This document shows positions 58,467 through 64,000 of a stretch of 64,000 bases of DNA, piece after piece (position 1 is the first letter of the stretch; the number at the start of each line of letters is the position of its first letter). Under the pieces are notes generated by a model, which had not been told where the DNA came from, did not search any database, and worked only from the letters and a program-made list of their open reading frames with translations. The stretch lies in IMG/VR virus record IMGVR_UViG_3300025383_000010. One strand, written 5' to 3'. The DNA comes from a virus. The position numbers were made by a program, and so were the translations under genes.

Positions 58467-59027
58467 ATGTTTGCAGTAGTCTTGTGTCTCATCCCGTTTG
58501 CATTTCTCGGATATATGTGTTATCGTGCGTTTCATGTCAAGCGCAAGACTACTGTAACTCCGCAGCCGAAGCCAGTTGATAAGGTAATATTGCATGGACA
58601 CAATCTTGCCAAGTGGAATTATCTTGGGCATACTCTTTGCAGATACGTTGATAAAGATGGTGAGATTACAGGTGAGCATCCTATATTCTTGTTCGTAGAC
58701 AAGAACAATGAAAAGCGTAGGTCTTACTTTGTTGTAAGTGAGTATGCTGACAAGAATCATCAATATATTCAGGTAACTGTAAAGCCTTGGGCAGCAGGTG
58801 AAGGTGAACTTTGGCATCTAATTTCTGGCACAGGCAACAAGCCATCTGACTATCTCAGAGAGTATATGCTTGAGAAGTTTAAATGCGAATGGGATACCGA
58901 TACCAAATGGTGGGGTACCAGTGACAAGGCTAAGTACAACTCTGCAAACGAAAAGCAGAAGCGTGAACGCAAGCCTAAGGAAGTCAAGACTGAAAGCAAT
59001 GTCGTTACCGTTGAGTTTGGAAAATAG
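58467..59027 (+). CDS. Membrane-anchored hypothetical protein
   Basis: N-terminal TM; 186 aa. Confidence 0.6.
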   Translation: MFAVVLCLIPFAFLGYMCYRAFHVKRKTTVTPQPKPVDKVILHGHNLAKWNYLGHTLCRYVDKDGEITGEHPIFLFVDKNNEKRRSYFVVSEYADKNHQYIQVTVKPWAAGEGELWHLISGTGNKPSDYLREYMLEKFKCEWDTDTKWWGTSDKAKYNSANEKQKRERKPKEVKTESNVVTVEFGK

Positions 59028-59067
59028 GGGTAACGATTAAATACTATTGTATCAAAGGAGAAAGACC

Positions 59068-59304
59068 ATGGATATGAATAGTATTTTAAGTCAGTTAAAG
59101 GGACTGATTGCAGAGGGTGATGGTAAACTAAGCAACAAGCGTGTTATCACTATCCTTTGCACTCTCATGCTCATCACTGCATTTAGTGCCAATGTCTTTA
59201 TGGCAAAGCACATTGATGACAACATCTTGAACAGCATCATGTTCATTATCATCGGTGGTATGGGCATCACTGGTATGGAAAAGTTTGCACCTAAGCAACA
59301 ATAA
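59068..59304 (+). CDS. Two-TM holin-like protein
   Basis: GKLSNKRV followed by two TMs and EKF. Confidence 0.5.
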   Translation: MDMNSILSQLKGLIAEGDGKLSNKRVITILCTLMLITAFSANVFMAKHIDDNILNSIMFIIIGGMGITGMEKFAPKQQ

Positions 59305-59307
59305 CAC

Positions 59308-59336
59308 TTGACATTACCTCGTTTTGGGCGTATAAG
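59308..59336 (+). promoter_or_regulatory. Sigma70-type promoter driving the SWIM gene and the small-gene array
   Basis: TTGACA-17-TATAAG. Confidence 0.75.
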
Positions 59337-59364
59337 AAATTATATCGCTTGAAACGAGGTTTTT

Positions 59365-59751
59365 ATGCTTAACATCGGTGACACTGTTACGATCAAAGTT
59401 CGCAACGTCATGTATGACGTTCGCCATCGTTATCCCGCAGGTATGATTCCCGAGTTCAACGAATATACCGGTACCGTCATGCGCGAAAAGTTCTTTGCCG
59501 ATGACGAGATTGGTATCACCAGCGACACCTTTGGTATCAAGTTCCGTCGCATTCGTCTTGATCGCATCGTTGAAGTCAATGCTGCCAAGGTTGAGTTTAC
59601 TCCTGTCAAACATGAGCGTGAAACTAAGGTAGTTCAGGGTAGTAAGGGTAACTCGTATATTGTCACTCGTGATGGTAGCAAGACCACTTGCACTTGCCCC
59701 GGTTATGGTTTCCGCAAGACTTGCAAGCATGTTCATGAGGCATTTGCGTGA
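59365..59751 (+). CDS. SWIM zinc-finger protein
   Basis: GSKGNSYIV..CTCPGYGFRKTCKH. Confidence 0.8.
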   Translation: MLNIGDTVTIKVRNVMYDVRHRYPAGMIPEFNEYTGTVMREKFFADDEIGITSDTFGIKFRRIRLDRIVEVNAAKVEFTPVKHERETKVVQGSKGNSYIVTRDGSKTTCTCPGYGFRKTCKHVHEAFA

Positions 59752-59987
59752 AACTTGATGTTATAAACAATGCTCATCACCGAAATATGTATGTGTCCGC
59801 TAAAGCAGCATTTGTTAACGCGAGTCCTTCTAGTTTTGATAACGCTGAAAAGTTTTGGAAAGAATTGGGTGAAGCATACGATATGAGAATTATCAAACCT
59901 ATATACAAGGGCAAGTTTCCGGTTGTTGAAGCACTAGAGTTTAACACCGAAGAAGCATATTCCTGGTTTCTGTTGAGGTTTTCATAA
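59748..59987 (+). CDS. Array gene (ends WFLLRFS)
   Basis: FNTEEAYSWFLLRFS. Confidence 0.75.
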   Translation: MKLDVINNAHHRNMYVSAKAAFVNASPSSFDNAEKFWKELGEAYDMRIIKPIYKGKFPVVEALEFNTEEAYSWFLLRFS

Positions 59988-60196
59988 TGCGTTGGGTTCG
60001 TGAACATAGCAAGCCTTATAGGCTGGAACTGAAATATAATCTCGGTGAGGAACGTTGGTCAGAAGTTCAAGATACACTAAATGAAGCTAAGAAGTGGTGT
60101 AGACAGAACAATATGTTTATCTGGGACGATGGGTTGTTCTACATTGGTTTCATTAACCATCGTGACATGGCTTGGTTCTTGTTGAGGTGGTCATGA
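59987..60196 (+). CDS. Array gene (ends WFLLRWS)
   Basis: WCRQN..FINHRDMAWFLLRWS. Confidence 0.8.
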   Translation: MRWVREHSKPYRLELKYNLGEERWSEVQDTLNEAKKWCRQNNMFIWDDGLFYIGFINHRDMAWFLLRWS

Positions 60197-60414
60197 AAAC
60201 TGCATTCACATTTAAGAAATGGTATTGGGGACCATTGCATGATGATCAGCCGCCCCATTGGTGGACCAACTTCGCAGAGGGTAAATCTATCAGTGTCAGC
60301 AAGATAACTGAACTTAGCCGTGTTGCTAAAGTTAGACAAAAATCAAATGGTAGCCTTCGTGTAGTGTTCAAGTCTCCCGGTGATCTAACGTTTTTTATTT
60401 TGAGGTGGTCATGA
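60193..60414 (+). CDS. Array gene, MKTAFTF copy 1
   Basis: FKSPGDLTFFILRWS. Confidence 0.8.
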   Translation: MKTAFTFKKWYWGPLHDDQPPHWWTNFAEGKSISVSKITELSRVAKVRQKSNGSLRVVFKSPGDLTFFILRWS

Positions 60415-60587
60415 CCGAAGTTGATATTAGCTTTGTCGGAAATTGGTCTAACAGCAAGATTACCGAGTGTAACGAATGGTTGGACAAATATCCTCACTTC
60501 GGGGAGATTGATATTGACGGGGCATCATGTATCATGTATTTTGAAGATGAAAGGGATGCTATGCTCTTTATGTTGAGGTGGTCATGA
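60411..60587 (+). CDS. Array gene
   Basis: FEDERDAMLFMLRWS. Confidence 0.8.
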   Translation: MTEVDISFVGNWSNSKITECNEWLDKYPHFGEIDIDGASCIMYFEDERDAMLFMLRWS

Positions 60588-60871
60588 GTTACTATGAAGC
60601 AAAAGATAGAGAACTGTACTCTAAACTGATTCAGTTTTATCCTAGGGTAGAACCTGGTCATGCGTTTGTATCCAATCTCTTTAACGAGTTTGGAAAGCAA
60701 GATGCTATTCCCAATTATGAGGACCCTATGTATTCATGGGCCAAACGTCTTGAACAGTGGCTGCCCGGTAAAGTCGGTTTGATTAGAAATCCAGATGATG
60801 CTGATAATTGGGACAAGTTTATCGTAGTTGATCAAGGGCTGTATGCTTTTGCATTGTTGAGGTATTCATGA
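60584..60871 (+). CDS. Array gene
   Basis: YAFALLRYS. Confidence 0.75.
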   Translation: MSYYEAKDRELYSKLIQFYPRVEPGHAFVSNLFNEFGKQDAIPNYEDPMYSWAKRLEQWLPGKVGLIRNPDDADNWDKFIVVDQGLYAFALLRYS

Positions 60872-61092
60872 AAACTGCATTCACATTCAAGCGTCGGTGG
60901 TGGGGTATAGATCACGAAGATCAACCTCCCCAATGGTGGAAAAACTTCCTTGATGCATATAGCCCGTCGGGAGAAGCTGCATATAAAGAACTTAGTAAGA
61001 TTGCTAAAGTTAGACACATGACCAACGGAAATATCCGTGTAGTGTTCAACAGTCCCGGCGATCTATCGTTCTTTATCTTGAGGTGGTCATGA
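60868..61092 (+). CDS. Array gene, MKTAFTF copy 2
   Basis: FNSPGDLSFFILRWS. Confidence 0.8.
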   Translation: MKTAFTFKRRWWGIDHEDQPPQWWKNFLDAYSPSGEAAYKELSKIAKVRHMTNGNIRVVFNSPGDLSFFILRWS

Positions 61093-61316
61093 TTACCTAT
61101 ATAGAAAGCACATATGAGTCCCGTGGAGCCAGTTTCACCTTAGCTACGCCGGTATTACACAAGGTTTGTTTTAATCATTATGATCGTTTGGAAGTAATGA
61201 ACTGGTGTGAACAAAACTGTAAGGCTAAGTTCTATCCCGGGCCTTCTTGGGCAGGGCATTTTTTTGAGTTTGAAGACGATGAAGACGCTGTTTGGTTTGC
61301 GTTGAGGTGGTCATGA
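61089..61316 (+). CDS. Array gene
   Basis: WCEQNC..FEDDEDAVWFALRWS. Confidence 0.8.
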   Translation: MITYIESTYESRGASFTLATPVLHKVCFNHYDRLEVMNWCEQNCKAKFYPGPSWAGHFFEFEDDEDAVWFALRWS

Positions 61317-61549
61317 CACATACCATCAAGCTCGCTGCTGGATTTGATGATCGCCCGGAATGGTTCAAGGAGCGGTATAGTGCTGTCATGGCTGATGCGA
61401 GAACCAACGACAAGTGGTTGGTTCCTAAGCCATGGACTTGGTATTGGAATGACAAATATGAAGGCAAGATTCGCATACGTAATAGTAGCCTGTTTGTTGA
61501 ATTTGACAGTGAGCAGGATTTTATGTGGTTCATTCTGAGGGAAGCATGA
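61313..61549 (+). CDS. Array gene
   Basis: FDSEQDFMWFILREA. Confidence 0.75.
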   Translation: MTHTIKLAAGFDDRPEWFKERYSAVMADARTNDKWLVPKPWTWYWNDKYEGKIRIRNSSLFVEFDSEQDFMWFILREA

Positions 61550-61821
61550 TAAACAACTACGATGTTAACAGTCTGTATCCTTATTTGCCTCCGGTTGACT
61601 TCCTAGCTAGAGGCGGCATCAAACCTTACATATATGTAGGAATGTGGACTCCTACAGAGTGGCGTGTCTATTCAGTAGTAACCGAGATTGCTGATTGGAT
61701 CAAGCAACAGCCTGAGGATATGTGGGTAGGAGCAGAAAACACCAAGCACCTAGTTCCATATGCTCATCCATACGCAGTCAGCCCAGAGTTAGAAGCCTGG
61801 ATTAAGTTGAAGTGGGGATGA
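61546..61821 (+). CDS. Array gene
   Basis: ELEAWIKLKWG. Confidence 0.7.
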   Translation: MINNYDVNSLYPYLPPVDFLARGGIKPYIYVGMWTPTEWRVYSVVTEIADWIKQQPEDMWVGAENTKHLVPYAHPYAVSPELEAWIKLKWG

Positions 61822-62135
61822 CTAAAACTATTAGCGGAATTGAAATGAGGGATCGTCTCTTGAAACATATTAATGACCCAAGAGTGCGGGAACTAGAGAA
61901 CAAATATTTTATTCTCTATCGCAAGAGGGTGCAACGCAAGACCGGTGGGTGTAAGAACAAGTGGATTGTTCAGATCAAGATGCGCCCTGACTTTAATTAT
62001 ATGCAGGATCGGCCAGAAGCACTAGCAATCATGGAATCGTTCGGTGGTGAAGACTTTGGTCCTCGCTCTAGGGTATTCAGAAGGTATAGTGATGCTGAAA
62101 AGGCTTGGGTCTATTTAACGTTGAGGTGGTCATGA
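61818..62135 (+). CDS. Array gene
   Basis: FRRYSDAEKAWVYLTLRWS. Confidence 0.75.
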   Translation: MTKTISGIEMRDRLLKHINDPRVRELENKYFILYRKRVQRKTGGCKNKWIVQIKMRPDFNYMQDRPEALAIMESFGGEDFGPRSRVFRRYSDAEKAWVYLTLRWS

Positions 62136-62386
62136 AAGATTATACTTTTTATAGAATGACTGTTATAATGGATAAATGGACTCGTATTCCTGTGCGTGAC
62201 AAATGGTGCCATCCTAACCATGTGTTTGGATTAAGGAATCCATTAAGCCAAGAAATGAAAGAATGGCTTGACAAAAATGTTAAAGCACATTATGCTATTC
62301 TTGAGGATGAAGATAATTTCGTGAACCATGACATAGCTTTTTCTAGTGAATATGATGCAGCTTTTTTTCTATTGAGGTGGTCTTGA
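62132..62386 (+). CDS. Array gene
   Basis: WLDKNV..FSSEYDAAFFLLRWS. Confidence 0.8.
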   Translation: MKDYTFYRMTVIMDKWTRIPVRDKWCHPNHVFGLRNPLSQEMKEWLDKNVKAHYAILEDEDNFVNHDIAFSSEYDAAFFLLRWS

Positions 62387-62595
62387 CCTACCAAGTAACT
62401 TTCCGTGAAGGTGAAGAACCTGAATGGTATGTGAAAGCATATGACAACGCTTGGGATAATAGATCAGGGTTCACTACATGGGCAAGTGTTTGGAATGAAT
62501 ATTATCCTGATACTAACTTGACTCATTCTGTTAGAGACATAACTGTTACCTTTAAATCCGAAGAAGATTTCACTGTATTTTTATTGAGGTTATAA
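62383..62595 (+). CDS. Array gene (TTG start)
   Basis: FKSEEDFTVFLLRL. Confidence 0.7.
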   Translation: MTYQVTFREGEEPEWYVKAYDNAWDNRSGFTTWASVWNEYYPDTNLTHSVRDITVTFKSEEDFTVFLLRL

Positions 62596-62861
62596 TGAGT
62601 AAGAAAACTGTTTTGAGAGAGATTACACACTTCAAGTTCATCCAGACTAAACACGCTCCGCCGGGCGATCAATGGGCTAAGCCACTCTACATCATTGACG
62701 CTTGTAAGGGCTGGACTGCTGCAAGTATTGATATGGAAGAGGTCAGAAACATTGTTGACCCTAATCGCAATATCAGTGGTAAGAATGGTACTCGTTGGAA
62801 GTTCCGCAAGTTTGAAGATGCTGACAAACTATGGATGTATCTTGTTTTGAGGTATTCGTAA
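62595..62861 (+). CDS. Array gene
   Basis: FRKFEDADKLWMYLVLRYS. Confidence 0.75.
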   Translation: MSKKTVLREITHFKFIQTKHAPPGDQWAKPLYIIDACKGWTAASIDMEEVRNIVDPNRNISGKNGTRWKFRKFEDADKLWMYLVLRYS

Positions 62862-63067
62862 TGGCACCGTTGCTTGATGATGGTCCAATCTGGTATTTTG
62901 AAGAAAAGAAACTAATATGGTCATTCTTGCCTAGAAAGTGCAAGGTCTCCGGTGAAACATTGTGGTTCAAGAAGGCTTGGAGAATTAGATTTCATGACTG
63001 GGGCGGGCACGAAGATCGCTGGTATTGTCAGCGAGAATATCTTTGGAAACTACTAAAAGAGGATTGA
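62861..63067 (+). CDS. Terminal array-coupled gene (Trp-rich)
   Basis: TAATG-coupled; ends EYLWKLLKED at the next promoter. Confidence 0.65.
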   Translation: MAPLLDDGPIWYFEEKKLIWSFLPRKCKVSGETLWFKKAWRIRFHDWGGHEDRWYCQREYLWKLLKED

Positions 63068-63092
63068 CATCACCTTCATAACCTGCTATAAG
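63064..63092 (+). promoter_or_regulatory. Sigma70-type promoter
   Basis: TTGACA-17-TATAAG, then AAGGAG. Confidence 0.75.
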
Positions 63093-63113
63093 AGTAATTG
63101 TAAGGAGACATAT

Positions 63114-63527
63114 ATGACTATGCATTTGCTCGGACCTGCATTCTCTACGCTCAACACTAACAAGCGTAAGAAGAAGATTTCCGACAGTCAGTATCATAAG
63201 TTTGCTATGGAGCTTAACAGTTACAATAAGCAGATGAAGAAGTATGGTCTCAAGCCCAAGACGCTAGACGAATACATTGCTTATCGTCAGGGTAAGTACA
63301 AGCCCACTCTTAAGGGTGCTCCTAAGGATCCTATGAAGGCTACTACCCTTCGCCGCGAGACTCCGGTAGTTCCGTCTGGTGATGGCATCGGTACTACTTA
63401 CGCTCGTAAGGAAAAGGTTTACACTGGTACGTTGATTAAGGGCATTGCAACTATGCACAAGAGCAATGCTGTTCCTATCATTAACGAAGAACAGATGCAC
63501 GAAGTTGCCCGTATGAGGAGGGGGTAA
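63114..63527 (+). CDS. Phage hypothetical protein
   Basis: YTG..IKGIATMHKSNAVPI. Confidence 0.75.
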   Translation: MTMHLLGPAFSTLNTNKRKKKISDSQYHKFAMELNSYNKQMKKYGLKPKTLDEYIAYRQGKYKPTLKGAPKDPMKATTLRRETPVVPSGDGIGTTYARKEKVYTGTLIKGIATMHKSNAVPIINEEQMHEVARMRRG

Positions 63528-63691
63528 TGACCGTTAAGGAACTCAAAGAACTGCTTGACAAGATGCCGGATGATGCTAAAGTATTCTACGAAGGCGGCGA
63601 ATACAAATATGATTACCGCAGCGTCTACAAGGTAGAATACAACGAACATACAACTTTAGCCTCTTCTGGTAATTCTGTTTTAATTAGGTGA
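63527..63691 (+). CDS. 54-aa MTVKEL-type protein (not in the ORF track)
   Basis: MTVKELKELLDKMPDDAKV; GAGGAG RBS. Confidence 0.6.
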   Translation: MTVKELKELLDKMPDDAKVFYEGGEYKYDYRSVYKVEYNEHTTLASSGNSVLIR

Positions 63692-63694
63692 TAT

Positions 63695-64000
63695 ATGACT
63701 GATATTTCTACTGAACACATGGATGCTGTCATCAGTGACGGTATTGCGTTTCTTCGCTCTATCACGACCGCATACGGTTCTGATGAGGGCATGAAATTGT
63801 GGGATACTATTGCTAGTACTCTTGACCCTAATATCAAGGGCAAGATTTTCTTTTCCATGCTTACTAATACGCATGAGGATCGTGTTACCTTGTCTGGTGC
63901 GGTTGCTGGTACTAACAAGATCAATTGCATCAAGATCATTCGTCAGTATACTGGTTTGGGGCTGGCCGAAGCCAAGAATGCGTATGAAAACGCTGGTGAT
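63695..64000 (+). CDS. Protein with ribosomal bL12 (L7/L12) C-terminal-like domain, runs off the window
   Basis: NKINCIKIIRQYTGLGLAEAK; AGGTG RBS. Confidence 0.7.
   Translation, partial: MTDISTEHMDAVISDGIAFLRSITTAYGSDEGMKLWDTIASTLDPNIKGKIFFSMLTNTHEDRVTLSGAVAGTNKINCIKIIRQYTGLGLAEAKNAYENAGD

Larger units (their letters stand above)
59973..62863 (+). repeat. Twelve gene-junction repeats, consensus TTGAGGTGGTCATGA
   Basis: Exact copies at 60182, 60400, 60573, 61078, 61302 and 62121; variants at 59973, 60857, 61535, 61807, 62372, 62584 and 62847. Confidence 0.9.

Noticed and set aside
61546-61590. YDVNSLYP resembles PolB motif A (DINSLYP)
   Set aside because: Only a short match in a 91-aa protein with no other polymerase motifs; probably chance, although mimicry cannot be excluded.
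59973-62863. CRISPR array interpretation of the 15-nt repeats
   Set aside because: The repeats are too short and non-palindromic, the spacers are about 170-320 nt of variable length and each is an intact ORF, and no cas genes are seen.
59748-63067. Classical integron (attC) or diversity-generating retroelement
   Set aside because: No attC-like inverted repeats, tyrosine integrase or reverse transcriptase in the window. The duplicate pair differs at all base types, not only adenines.
1-64000. Alternative genetic code, tRNA genes, introns or inteins
   Set aside because: TAA, TGA and TAG all terminate full-length genes. No cloverleaf was recognised by eye (tRNAscan not run). PolB, ligase, FolE and ClpP are uninterrupted.

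Overview
This window is part of a large lytic dsDNA tailed phage genome, T4-like in organisation and probably jumbo-sized. It is gene-dense, almost entirely + strand and uses standard code 11. The host is probably an alphaproteobacterium, inferred from GCTATAAC -10 boxes, many leaderless starts, phasin-like, EF-hand and TorF-like genes and a ROSE-like element. From left to right: (1) late, probably head-packaged proteins (ParB-like, Dps, amidoligase, GH19 fusion); (2) a curli CsgF/CsgG-curlin-FecR-CHASE2 adenylate cyclase cassette and a TorF-like porin; (3) family B DNA polymerase and sliding clamp; (4) a 7-deazaguanine DNA-modification cluster (DpdA-like, two QueD-like, FolE, QueE, PRTase, cytidylyltransferase, two glycosyltransferases, no QueC seen), with a preQ1-I-like pseudoknot in front of queD; (5) UvsE, RNase H-like nuclease, YafQ-like module and DNA ligase; (6) ClpX, Hsp20 with a ROSE-like thermometer, ClpS and ClpP; (7) an early accessory region. 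The most striking unexplained structure is a tandem array of 12 small paralogous genes (59748-62861) with variable N-termini and a conserved C-terminus (F-x-x-E-x-D-A-x-W/F-F-x-L-R-W-S). That C-terminus is encoded by a recurring 15-nt junction, TTGAGGTGGTCATGA, which is also the RBS, stop and start for the next gene. Dispersed members of the same family occur elsewhere in the window. All calls come from motif recognition by eye; no searches were run.
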